Of a stretch of 64,000 bases of DNA, positions 37,445-46,274 are shown piece after piece. The stretch lies in the sequence record MT799840.1; one strand, 5' to 3'. Position numbers and translations under genes: made by a program. Position 1 is the first letter of the stretch. Each line of letters begins with the position of its first letter. The notes beneath the pieces are model-generated. The model saw nothing but the letters and a program-made list of their open reading frames with translations, did no database searches and was not told the origin of the DNA.

Positions 37445-38263
37445 GTGATAAGACCAATTTTAAAATGGATGGGTGGTAAGAGTCGCGTACTTCCCGAGTT
37501 GCTACAGGTGCTTCCAGATGCTGAGTATTTCGTTGAACCGTTTGTGGGTGCAGGGTCAGTGTTTTTAAACACTAAATACCCGAACTATATTCTCGGCGAC
37601 ACGAACCCAGACTTAATCGAGTTACTGACCATGGCGCGCGATCGTCCGGAAGCGCTGATTCTGGAAGCAAAGGCGCTCTTTGCAAATGGGACGGACCGCG
37701 GTCTGTACATGAAACGACGCGAGGGATTTAACAGCGAAGCAACCACGGGGAAACCTAATCTCCAGCGCGCCGCGATGTTCCTGTATCTTACACGTCATGG
37801 TTACAATGGTTTGTGCAGATACAATCAGTCGGGTGGGTTTAACGTGCCCTATGGTCAACACCCGAACGGTGTCTATTTCCCTGAAGAGGAAATTCTGGCG
37901 TGGGCAAAACGTTGTTCGGAAACCAACGTCGAGCTGCTCTGCGCGGACTTCCGCGATATCCTAAATAAATGCCCATCTAACGCTGTGATATACGCTGACC
38001 CGCCCTATATCCCACTTTCGGATACGGCTAAACATGCGCAGTATCACAGCAAAGAATTTTCACAAGCTGACCACCGCGAGTTAGCGAAACTTTTAAAACA
38101 ACAAGCTGCCGATGGCAATAAGGTCGTTCTGTCAAACGCAGATACGTTACTCACACGCGATATTTATTACGGCTTTACTTGGCGCGAAGTTCAGGTAGGT
38201 CGATATATGTCTGCGGATGCGAATAAGCGTAAAGCGGTGACGGAGCTAATCGGCACCTTATAA
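37445..38263 (+). CDS. dam: Dam-type (D12 class) N6-adenine DNA methyltransferase
   Basis: LKWMGGKS, EPFVGAGSVF, YNGLCRYNQSGGFNVPYG, YADPPY. Confidence 0.95.
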   Translation: MIRPILKWMGGKSRVLPELLQVLPDAEYFVEPFVGAGSVFLNTKYPNYILGDTNPDLIELLTMARDRPEALILEAKALFANGTDRGLYMKRREGFNSEATTGKPNLQRAAMFLYLTRHGYNGLCRYNQSGGFNVPYGQHPNGVYFPEEEILAWAKRCSETNVELLCADFRDILNKCPSNAVIYADPPYIPLSDTAKHAQYHSKEFSQADHRELAKLLKQQAADGNKVVLSNADTLLTRDIYYGFTWREVQVGRYMSADANKRKAVTELIGTL

Positions 38264-38272
38264 GGTACCAAC

Positions 38273-39076
38273 ATGCAACTATTTAATCTATACGGTATGG
38301 ACAAAAACGACCTGACCGTAGAGTTTAGTGGTCGACTGACCACCTTGGGGCAACTCCGTGAACGGATTCAAGATTTGCGACCCGTCGCAGACCAAGAAGA
38401 CGATCATTGGTTAGTGTTGAGCAATAGCGGTCGTGCGCAAATGTATTTTCGTGGATGTCGTTCAGGTATTGTTTACTACATCTACGAGCTGCACGTGCTC
38501 TCCGAGCCCCTGTTCCACGAGTGGAAGCGTTTAACGCGACTCCTGGAAGTGCAGATGCTTGATATTACCTGTTTCCCGCACGACACCGAACACGCAGCAC
38601 TATACCAGCGTCTGGGGTTCGAAGCTGTAACGAAGCGTGTGGAGATTACTGTTAGTCCGAAATACGGCTTTACGTCAGACCCATCGGTTGTCCCGTTGGA
38701 GACATTGTCATTAGAACAAACCCAAGATGTTTGCTATCTGATGCGGCCTACGCTAAAAGACGCAGGAACGCGAGAGATGCTGGGTGAGTTAGCAAATGGT
38801 TTTGTTTCCGCGTTTGTAGGGTTACACGGCCAGAAACCGTTTTCATTAATGCTCTATAAGGAGTTCCCGAAGAGCATCATTACTGAGCAATTCTGCTGCC
38901 AAAGTTTTGACCCGATTGCCTACTCGGTAGAGTTTCTAAAACACTACCACGCTATTTTGCATTTGGCGGGACAGAAAGGTAAAAAGGTCAACATGGGCGT
39001 TGCGATAGAGCACGAGTTTCCTTCTATCGAAGGGTTGGAGTATCGTGTAATCACGCATCACTACACCCTTGCGTAA
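38273..39076 (+). CDS. Degenerate tandem GNAT-fold protein
   Basis: YYIYELHV...DTEHAALYQRLGF retains motif B; motif A glycine loop absent. Confidence 0.5.
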   Translation: MQLFNLYGMDKNDLTVEFSGRLTTLGQLRERIQDLRPVADQEDDHWLVLSNSGRAQMYFRGCRSGIVYYIYELHVLSEPLFHEWKRLTRLLEVQMLDITCFPHDTEHAALYQRLGFEAVTKRVEITVSPKYGFTSDPSVVPLETLSLEQTQDVCYLMRPTLKDAGTREMLGELANGFVSAFVGLHGQKPFSLMLYKEFPKSIITEQFCCQSFDPIAYSVEFLKHYHAILHLAGQKGKKVNMGVAIEHEFPSIEGLEYRVITHHYTLA

Positions 39077-39085
39077 GGAGAGAAT

Positions 39086-39898
39086 ATGCTGAGAGTTATC
39101 GAACGCACGGAGAGGATTCTGGACCGAACGTGGTTGGAAGGCCATAAAGCGTTATCGTTGTTAAATGATATCGATCCTTCCACGTTACAAGATGAACGTC
39201 GTCTTTACTACCGAATCTTTGAAGTATTCAGTCGGGACACAGTTGCGCCAGACGCGATCGTGCTCTGTCTGGACCACGGATACATGTTAGAAGTTATCAA
39301 TATGGTTCGTGCTTTAGACGCCCAGTTAACCTCGCTTGCGGATTCCTTACTTCGTGCAGCTGGGCGTAACTACGCGATGCATTTTACTCGTTCTGAAGGG
39401 GACGAATATGCACGCATGGGCTTTTGTTGCGAAACGATAAACTACCGCAAAATTAATACATTGGTGCCTAGCCACGATGAGGATTTCTGTGGGGATGTCA
39501 GTTCGTTGTTCGATAGTAAGAAAGCGTTCTTGGATTGGGTTAGAATGCTTTACGGTAAAAGCTCTATCTACTCAACGCTCGTTACGGGCGGGAGGATGAT
39601 GTCGTGGCGAAACGCTGATAGCTACAAGTTGACAGTGCTCTCACATCGTGGACAACGCTGGGTTATTGGTGGATGGTTTACCGCAGAAGGGGTGGTTACT
39701 CTAACTCGAGAGGAGTTCGGACTGTTGATGCATTGTATCCAGTCTGAATTACCGGTGGGGGATGAATTAGTTTACACTTACCACCAATATACTGGGGGGC
39801 CAGCCGCAATGTGGTTATTAGAAAACGGTTGGCTACCCGAAAGTTATGTGTACGGACGTGCCCTGAAAACTACTAATGGAGAAGATAATGCAAATTAA
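39086..39898 (+). CDS. Possible degenerate tandem GNAT-fold protein
   Basis: LEVINMVRA...DEYARMGF and WLLENGW end-motifs; size similar to neighbours. Confidence 0.4.
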   Translation: MLRVIERTERILDRTWLEGHKALSLLNDIDPSTLQDERRLYYRIFEVFSRDTVAPDAIVLCLDHGYMLEVINMVRALDAQLTSLADSLLRAAGRNYAMHFTRSEGDEYARMGFCCETINYRKINTLVPSHDEDFCGDVSSLFDSKKAFLDWVRMLYGKSSIYSTLVTGGRMMSWRNADSYKLTVLSHRGQRWVIGGWFTAEGVVTLTREEFGLLMHCIQSELPVGDELVYTYHQYTGGPAAMWLLENGWLPESYVYGRALKTTNGEDNAN

Positions 39899-40166
39899 TC
39901 GTACAGTGTCGAAGTCTAAAGAAGTCGTTTACAACGTTGAAGACGGTGATGTAATGCAGTTTCGTGCCGTCATTGACGAACAGCACGTACTCCAAGTCGT
40001 TTATTCGAAAGAAGAAATGACTCGCGCACATAGCCGCGTGTTAGAAAAACTCGTTGCGAAAGCCAAACAGCGCGACGGTATTAAATCCTACAACGTCATG
40101 TACGGTTATCAGCTACGTGAAGTGGAAGGGGAGTTGCTAATCACCCCTGTTCCGGTAACGGCGTAA
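39888..40166 (+). CDS. Hypothetical protein
   Basis: ATG 39888 after GGAG. Confidence 0.6.
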   Translation: MQINRTVSKSKEVVYNVEDGDVMQFRAVIDEQHVLQVVYSKEEMTRAHSRVLEKLVAKAKQRDGIKSYNVMYGYQLREVEGELLITPVPVTA

Positions 40167-40206
40167 TTCGCCATTGTATGACCCTTAAATACCGTTGAGG
40201 TTAACT

Positions 40207-40689
40207 ATGGATATGATCGAATTAGGTCAGCTCCCTCAGCACGATTTTGATTTAGGCGTGCGTCATGAGGAAGGGGCCGACGCGAACACACTTATGGCCC
40301 GCTACTACGAGCTACTGACCGGTCAACCGTTGGACGATGAGTATATCAACCGTTTTGAAAAACTGTTGGCACAACTCATCACCTCTAACGCAGAACGCAT
40401 TGGCATGTTAAACGAAATGAACTTTGCTGATGTGGAGCCGTCTGACGCTCAGAAGATTCTTATCGATGGTCCTGTGCCAAGCGATGAGGTACAAGACCTT
40501 CTGGCAGGTATCCGTGCAGGCTTCGATGAAGCTGCTGAGAAATACGCGGAAGAGCTGGCAGACGTCGATTTGGCTGCGCCGGTTGACCCGAATCCATCTG
40601 CAGAGGAGACTGCAGCTGCGAAATTGAAACTCGCACGCTTTATCTGTGCTGCTGTCTTGACAGACGACCGTGAAGAAAACCAACTGTAA
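40207..40689 (+). CDS. Acidic hypothetical protein (possibly virion)
   Basis: SD GAGG, TATG at 40177, biased codons. Confidence 0.7.
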   Translation: MDMIELGQLPQHDFDLGVRHEEGADANTLMARYYELLTGQPLDDEYINRFEKLLAQLITSNAERIGMLNEMNFADVEPSDAQKILIDGPVPSDEVQDLLAGIRAGFDEAAEKYAEELADVDLAAPVDPNPSAEETAAAKLKLARFICAAVLTDDREENQL

Positions 40690-40694
40690 GGCCC

Positions 40695-40732
40695 GCCTCC
40701 TTGCCCACGGGTGAGGAGGTCCCTTTTTATTT
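40695..40732 (+). terminator. Intrinsic terminator
   Basis: CCTCCTTGCCC-AC-GGGTGAGGAGG + T-rich tail. Confidence 0.7.
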
Positions 40733-40753
40733 ACATCAGTCCACTAACTTATG
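40731..40753 (+). promoter_or_regulatory. Bipartite promoter TTAC-N15-TATG
   Basis: After terminator, before ATG 40786. Confidence 0.6.
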
Positions 40754-40785
40754 TGAAACAACCCACGTAATGAGGAATTAAGAGA

Positions 40786-41103
40786 ATGTGGTTAAGTGCT
40801 ATTCATCGTGACCTGCCAAAACGTGAAGTGACTCTTTCTGTCGATGCGGAACCGATTACCGTTGGTGTCGCAAACTTCGACCGTATGGAAGAAGGACAGT
40901 ATGTCGTGGTGGACAACGATGAAAACGAATTCATGTTATTCCATCCCGAAGTTGATGCGTCTGAAATCCGCGAGGGTTCTATCTTGTTTTCTTGGCAAGA
41001 CAAAGAAACTAAACAGTGGATGTGGTGCGTTGCTAACACAACCAATGAAAAAGGTACCGCGTATGCCCCAGGACAGCTTCATGTCGAACCTAAACCCCAT
41101 TGA
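40786..41103 (+). CDS. Hypothetical protein
   Basis: SD GAGGA, bipartite promoter upstream. Confidence 0.65.
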   Translation: MWLSAIHRDLPKREVTLSVDAEPITVGVANFDRMEEGQYVVVDNDENEFMLFHPEVDASEIREGSILFSWQDKETKQWMWCVANTTNEKGTAYAPGQLHVEPKPH

Positions 41104-41395
41104 GCCCACACTGACGCACCAGGAACTGCACGTCCGTTTTATGCGGGCGTTCACACCCCCATTGGGTGGTGAGATTTACGATCGTTCTGTGGTTGCGGAA
41201 GTTAAAAGCATCGGCGATGAACTGATAACATTGTCTAATATTGTGACGGGTGTTGAGTTCACGTTACCGTTAAACGTATTCCGGTTTATTCCGCGCGTAA
41301 ACGAAACGCTGCTCATCGACCGTGTACATCATCGGATTATGGCGCAGGTACATCCTAGCCGTAAAGAGTATGTGCGCTTAGAGATGATGGTCTAA
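41081..41395 (+). CDS. Hypothetical protein
   Basis: Start reassigned to ATG 41081 (SD AGGA). Confidence 0.55.
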   Translation: MSNLNPIEPTLTHQELHVRFMRAFTPPLGGEIYDRSVVAEVKSIGDELITLSNIVTGVEFTLPLNVFRFIPRVNETLLIDRVHHRIMAQVHPSRKEYVRLEMMV

Positions 41396-41403
41396 CGCAC
41401 GAC

Positions 41404-41433
41404 TTTTCAGATAGATGTTATTTTACTGAACCT
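41404..41433 (+). promoter_or_regulatory. Variant early-type promoter
   Basis: TTTTCAGATAGATGTTATTTTACTGAACCT. Confidence 0.6.
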
Positions 41434-41457
41434 AACTGTAAAGAAAGGAAAAAGTAG

Positions 41458-41763
41458 ATGGCTAAACAATACACAATTGTTAAACGCGCAGGTACAACTC
41501 TGCTGTACGTGGAGAAAGGTTGTGAGAACACTGCAACCGCCAAGAAACTGAACCTGCAAGGGTTTCTGTATCAAGGTCTCCGCGCGGGTTTGACCATCAC
41601 TTTCAAAGGCTTACCACAGGCGAAGAATCTGCGCGTCGTACGTGCAGACGGTGTAGAGCGTGCCTTGGTAGCCGACACCCCGGTTGATACTATCCCTGCC
41701 AGTAAGAAGGCAGCGAAAGCAACCAAGAAAGTCGTCGATAAACGCAAACGCGTTGTCGCTTAA
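41458..41763 (+). CDS. Small basic protein
   Basis: 101 aa, own early-type promoter and terminator, Lys-rich tail. Confidence 0.7.
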   Translation: MAKQYTIVKRAGTTLLYVEKGCENTATAKKLNLQGFLYQGLRAGLTITFKGLPQAKNLRVVRADGVERALVADTPVDTIPASKKAAKATKKVVDKRKRVVA

Positions 41764-41769
41764 GTAGTC

Positions 41770-41810
41770 CCCTACCTAACTTCGGTTAGGTAGGGTTCTT
41801 TTTATTTTTA
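41770..41810 (+). terminator. Intrinsic terminator
   Basis: CCCTACCTAAC-TTCG-GTTAGGTAGGG + T-tract. Confidence 0.9.
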
Positions 41811-41829
41811 ACCCTCTGAGGGATATACC

Positions 41830-42282
41830 GTGTTTCAATGTTCAGTCGTCAATGATGCGGAATTGGCCGCGTACAAGCAGCGCACAATCCGGGCGCTGGA
41901 TGCTGAAAAACCAGTCGATGTTAAAACGCGTGCAATCATTAGGGCATTTAGCGAATGGCCGAACATCGCAACCGTTTGGGCATTCACGGGAGAAGTTCGC
42001 AAAGACGGAGACAAGCTACGTACACGTAGACACCACAGCTTAACATTTGTGGCAACCGAGGCGGGTCTTAAAGACATTAACCATTTATTAGAAGGATGGC
42101 AGCCGCACGAGTACGGGAAACGTTTTCAGTTAAACTTTACTTGGCTGCGTCAAGAAGGCAATGCGAATCTCTGTTATCCAAGCTGGACGTTTAGACTCAA
42201 CTATCGACCCGACCCAGATGTGATGGAAAGTGTGATGGAGCACTGGCTCGCACTCGCAATTTTTACAGAACATAACCATTAA
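41830..42282 (+). CDS. Hypothetical protein, paralog of next gene
   Basis: VDVKTRAIIRAFSEWPNIATVWAFTGE aligns with VERGVRDACEVICRYPGATTMWSCHGH. Confidence 0.65.
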   Translation: MFQCSVVNDAELAAYKQRTIRALDAEKPVDVKTRAIIRAFSEWPNIATVWAFTGEVRKDGDKLRTRRHHSLTFVATEAGLKDINHLLEGWQPHEYGKRFQLNFTWLRQEGNANLCYPSWTFRLNYRPDPDVMESVMEHWLALAIFTEHNH

Positions 42283-42310
42283 ATGAAGACACCCTTAAGG
42301 AGAATTAAAG

Positions 42311-42781
42311 ATGCCAGTTTTATACGGTGGCGTGGATCTGAAAGTTTTGGATCGGTTTAAACTACGGGCATCCGAAGCGCTCGTAAACGGTTGGGTCGAG
42401 CGTGGGGTACGGGATGCATGTGAAGTTATTTGCCGTTACCCCGGCGCGACGACAATGTGGTCATGTCATGGACACGGACCATATTCTAAAAAGAACTCGC
42501 CAGGGGAGTTCCATGTAGTGTTTGTTCTTGGTGTCGGCTTTGAGCACAAAGCGCATGAGCTAGTTGCTGAGTTAATGAAAGCAGATATTCCACCATTGTG
42601 GGATTTATCCATGACGAGACTCATGTACCCTGATGATGATTTCGTTTATGACCTCAGCGAAATCACCCTGAAAAACACGTATAACGCGTGGAAGATAACG
42701 TATCGTTATCTGCACACCGAACAATCCCTTCGTGAAATTCGTAAAGTATTCCACACAGTTTGCAAAAAGGTTTTTAACTAA
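42311..42781 (+). CDS. Protein with TYW3-like T-x-x-SC-x-GH motif
   Basis: N-terminal pattern resembles the TYW3/Taw3 fold; recalled similarity, not searched. Confidence 0.4.
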   Translation: MPVLYGGVDLKVLDRFKLRASEALVNGWVERGVRDACEVICRYPGATTMWSCHGHGPYSKKNSPGEFHVVFVLGVGFEHKAHELVAELMKADIPPLWDLSMTRLMYPDDDFVYDLSEITLKNTYNAWKITYRYLHTEQSLREIRKVFHTVCKKVFN

Positions 42782-43479
42782 TGGCTAAGCAAAAGAAACC
42801 CCGTAACAAAAAGTATAACCCGAAAGTTGCCACAGAACGTACGGCACACACCGTCGCTGAAAACGCTCTGAATCGTATCACGTTTATCGGCAGTTCGATT
42901 CGTCGCCTCGGGCCGTACGCGGGCCGTGGTTTTCACTTTACGGCAAGTCCCCGTATTCGTGCCATCGCCACAGATATGTTAGTCGGTGGGCTGTTCGACC
43001 AACCGCGACCATGGCATCTTTGGGTGATGCACCTCACTGAACTCGACACCGGTGAAATTGTAACAGAAACCGCAGTTGCCACACTTGACGATTATACTTT
43101 GGCGGACTTCTGCGAACACGCTGAGGAGTTAGTTAAATCGTTACGCCCTGAACAGGAAGAGGGGAAGTATTTCGGTTATGCATTTGTGGCTGCACCGAAC
43201 GAGCGGTACGACTTCAAAGCGGAAGAAGACCAGCTCATTGAAAACTTCATGCATTCTGGACTACTTGATACGTCGTTACATCTGTCGGAAGAACAACAGT
43301 TCGTTAGTCGTGCAGAAATGGCCAACCTGCTCGTTGGTTATACTCGGAAGTTTGACGTGACCGTTGAACATGTCAAAGAAGTACCAGAGATTGTGAGCAA
43401 GAAAGACGAGGTGGTGCTTCCGGTTGACGAGGTTGTCAGTAAAGTAGCGACTGCGATAGGGGCAACGGGGGATTACTGA
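42781..43479 (+). CDS. Hypothetical protein
   Basis: 232 aa, basic N-terminus, TAATG coupling. Confidence 0.7.
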   Translation: MAKQKKPRNKKYNPKVATERTAHTVAENALNRITFIGSSIRRLGPYAGRGFHFTASPRIRAIATDMLVGGLFDQPRPWHLWVMHLTELDTGEIVTETAVATLDDYTLADFCEHAEELVKSLRPEQEEGKYFGYAFVAAPNERYDFKAEEDQLIENFMHSGLLDTSLHLSEEQQFVSRAEMANLLVGYTRKFDVTVEHVKEVPEIVSKKDEVVLPVDEVVSKVATAIGATGDY

Positions 43480-43688
43480 TGAATCTACGTTGGCCGATCG
43501 TGGCTGCTGTGTTGTTTTGTATTTATATCGCCGTCAGCACCAGTACCCGCACTGCAGAACGTCGCGAGACCGCAACCAGTACGTTCAGAATGTGCATTGA
43601 CCGCGTAGACCCGAACAGTACCACTTATCCTGACGCGGTGAATGCGTGCCGTAAAGCAGTTGCTGAGATATTGAAAGAGGAAAATTAA
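43479..43688 (+). CDS. Small membrane-anchored protein with Cys pair
   Basis: WPIVAAVLFCIYIAV transmembrane segment; MCIDR...NAC. Confidence 0.65.
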   Translation: MNLRWPIVAAVLFCIYIAVSTSTRTAERRETATSTFRMCIDRVDPNSTTYPDAVNACRKAVAEILKEEN

Positions 43689-43915
43689 TGGAAAACCTTA
43701 CGCCGATTGAGATAGTGGCGCTATTCGACCGTTACGTATACGGACAAACGCAGGCAAAGAAAATGCTGGCGATTGCGCTACGTAATCGATATCGTGCCAA
43801 CAAACTCAACGTAGTGGACCGTATGTCGGTCCACAAACAGAACCTTTTAATAGAAGGGCCAAGAGGCACGGGTAAAACGGCGTTGATGCGTGAAGAAAAA
43901 CAGAAACAAAAGTGA
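43688..43915 (+). pseudogene. hslU: Truncated HslU (ClpY) ATPase N-terminal fragment, 75 aa
   Basis: LTPIEIVALFDRYVYGQTQAKKMLAIALRNRYR...NLLIEGPRGTGKT matches the HslU N-terminus through Walker A, then stops; next gene starts 8 nt later. Confidence 0.8.
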
Positions 43916-43923
43916 GGTAAAGG

Positions 43924-44931
43924 ATGGCGAAGCTCGTTTCGTTTTCAGCAGGGTTGGATTCCACCTGGATAATGTATCAGCTGCTATGCAAAGCACCGGC
44001 CAATGAAGCACGACATGTCCGTCCTGCGTATTTCTCCATGTGGAATGGAGGTAACGCGAACTTCATGGAAATTCTTTGTAGCGTGGCCATTGTTGAACGG
44101 TTGATGGATAGACACCATGCACAAACCGAACATGTTACATGGGCGGTGCTCGGGGAAGAGAACTTCCCGCCTGTCGTTAGCGCTAGATATGCTAACGGCT
44201 GGTCGCCTCTGGTTCAGCAGGGCAATGTTGTTAACGGTCTCGCTAAACTGATGTGTGGTATTACGCGCAAACAGCACCACGCCTATGCAGTTGTTGGTTG
44301 GAATAAGCTAGATGCGTTGGAGAATAGTCTAGAGCTGGGAGATTGGACATTAGACGAGTACGCTCGCTTAAAGAACCTTTATAGCGAACTGATGTATTTC
44401 CAAGATCATGCCGGCCGCGTTCCACCGCTTCTAACACCTGCGTGGGATAAAGAGAAACTTGAAATGTGGCAGGAGTTGCCGGAAGACATTCGTAGATTGG
44501 TGCAGGTCAGTAACTACAACAACTACGAATTCGCGATAGACCGTGAGAATAACGTGCTCATCGTTTATGCCCATCCGTCGGCAAAGTCGCAGAATTATCG
44601 TAGTCTTGGTATTACACCGTCTGTGGGATGGGAGATTAAAATTAACGATGCTTACAGACGGGTATGGTGTTCTGCTCTCGGTAGTGCTATTTCTGCTATG
44701 GGTTTGGACGTACCGACTTTTGCTAACTTTAAGGACCCGAAAAGAAATCACACAACCTTTACGGTAACTGAAGATACTGAAAGACTATTTATCACGTCAT
44801 TTACAGCAGAAGAGTGGTGCGAATATGCACCGCATTTTAAAGCGCTTCAGGAGAAAGAAAAAGAGAGAGCGAAAAATGCCAAAGCAAGTAAAGCTGTGGA
44901 CGCTCCAACTGGCGAAGTGGCGGATAGCTGA
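43924..44931 (+). CDS. PP-loop (adenine nucleotide alpha-hydrolase) protein
   Basis: LVSFSAGLDSTW is an SGGxDS-type PP-loop; no QueC Zn-cysteine cluster. Confidence 0.65.
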   Translation: MAKLVSFSAGLDSTWIMYQLLCKAPANEARHVRPAYFSMWNGGNANFMEILCSVAIVERLMDRHHAQTEHVTWAVLGEENFPPVVSARYANGWSPLVQQGNVVNGLAKLMCGITRKQHHAYAVVGWNKLDALENSLELGDWTLDEYARLKNLYSELMYFQDHAGRVPPLLTPAWDKEKLEMWQELPEDIRRLVQVSNYNNYEFAIDRENNVLIVYAHPSAKSQNYRSLGITPSVGWEIKINDAYRRVWCSALGSAISAMGLDVPTFANFKDPKRNHTTFTVTEDTERLFITSFTAEEWCEYAPHFKALQEKEKERAKNAKASKAVDAPTGEVADS

Positions 44932-45259
44932 AAAACGGAATTTGCCAAAGCTGGATATAACAGTTAAGTCGGGGCTGAAATATTTGGCACCCGACTGGGA
45001 CTTTCTGATGGACTACAAGAAGTCTGACAAAGGCCCCGACGCAGAAGCTGCGTATACCAAACGCTACCTGCAGAAACTTAGTCGGTTGTTTGATGAAGAC
45101 ACTGATAAGCTGATAGAGATTCTCCGCCGGGGCGAGGTCGTACTAATGTGCTATTGCCCACCGGGGAAATTCTGTCATCGCCACTTGCTAGTTTCTTACC
45201 TTATTGAAATCGGTGAGTGGTTCGGTTATGAAGTAATTTACATGGGCGAGTTATCGTAA
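44876..45259 (+). CDS. DUF488-family protein
   Basis: LAPDW...Y...Y and VVLMCYC...FCHRHLL motifs. Confidence 0.75.
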   Translation: MPKQVKLWTLQLAKWRIAEKRNLPKLDITVKSGLKYLAPDWDFLMDYKKSDKGPDAEAAYTKRYLQKLSRLFDEDTDKLIEILRRGEVVLMCYCPPGKFCHRHLLVSYLIEIGEWFGYEVIYMGELS

Positions 45260-45270
45260 GGAGAGTCCTC

Positions 45271-45666
45271 GTGAAATTGATTATGCCTAAAACCGTTCCT
45301 AATCAGGATATGGTTACGACTACACTATTTTCTGAATCATTACGTAACTCTGTACGTCAGACCGCTTCACGTCTAGACGTGGCAGTTGAAGAACTCGACC
45401 CAGAAGTCTTCATGAAGTATGCGTTTATTGCAGAAGGTTACGCGATCGCCCTGAGTTATGCGCGGTATGTCGATGACGTGACAGAAGCTAAACGTTATTT
45501 AGAAGGCTGTTGTCAAGTTTTCCGTGAAGAAATCACCGAGATGGAGATGGTTGACCGTGGCTTACCTGAATTTGTAAAGGTGGGTTACGATAAGCTGTTG
45601 CAATCCATCGCGGATGAGATCAAACGTCGCGGGTTAACTGTTGCGCACAGTGCTACACTGCACTAA
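45271..45666 (+). CDS. Hypothetical protein
   Basis: GTG start after AAGGAG. Confidence 0.6.
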   Translation: MKLIMPKTVPNQDMVTTTLFSESLRNSVRQTASRLDVAVEELDPEVFMKYAFIAEGYAIALSYARYVDDVTEAKRYLEGCCQVFREEITEMEMVDRGLPEFVKVGYDKLLQSIADEIKRRGLTVAHSATLH

Positions 45667-45679
45667 CAGCGTACGAGTA

Positions 45680-45722
45680 GGCTACCACACGATCATATGT
45701 GTGGTAGCTTATTTTTTTGTTT
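45680..45722 (+). terminator. Intrinsic terminator
   Basis: GCTACCACAC...GTGTGGTAGC + T-tract. Confidence 0.75.
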
Positions 45723-45734
45723 CTGGAGGCGTTA

Positions 45735-46274
45735 ATGGCAGACCGCTATCAGCCCGACCTAACACTGAGTTCAAAAGCGCTAGTCTTAGCGCTTATCAAT
45801 CATGACAATAATCTGTCACTTACTGATAAAGAGATTGTGATTCGGGATATTGATGCGAACGCTTCACCAGACATCATCCCGAAGAACACACAGGCAAGCG
45901 TGGCCAAAGCACGTAAGCCAAATGGGAAAACCGTGACAGTCTATTATGACCGGTTAAGTGCGTCTACCGTGCTAGACAGTTTTCAGCCGCTATTGGTGTC
46001 CTTAGACGGAACCGAAACGGACATTCAGCAAATTGCCAGTGTGATTAACGGTTACTGCGGTACAAACTTGTCAGCAGCAGACTTACAGTCTGCGCCAATC
46101 GTGGTCAGCGACGATTTTACCCTGGTGAATATCACTGGCGATTCCCCAGCATGGCTTGGGACATTTGTCGCAACCCTGTTTACCAAAAATGAGTACGTTC
46201 TTTCAACTGACACTGACACGGTGCTGTGTCTGGATGAGAACACTGTGCTCGTACTGACTGACGAGGAAGAGTAA
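45735..46274 (+). CDS. Virion adaptor, stand-alone paralog-family N-terminal module
   Basis: SKALVLALINHDN, VYYDRL, SPAWLGT match the family. Confidence 0.65.
   Translation: MADRYQPDLTLSSKALVLALINHDNNLSLTDKEIVIRDIDANASPDIIPKNTQASVAKARKPNGKTVTVYYDRLSASTVLDSFQPLLVSLDGTETDIQQIASVINGYCGTNLSAADLQSAPIVVSDDFTLVNITGDSPAWLGTFVATLFTKNEYVLSTDTDTVLCLDENTVLVLTDEEE

Noticed and set aside
29175-40180. Isolated TATGAC hits at 29175 and 40177 as bipartite promoters
   Set aside because: No TAC at the 15-nt spacing; they may be TATG-only late promoters, but a 4-mer alone is too frequent to call.
43924-44931. QueC / 7-deazaguanine pathway call
   Set aside because: Only the PP-loop matches; no Zn-binding Cys cluster and no folE, queD, queE or dpdA in the window.
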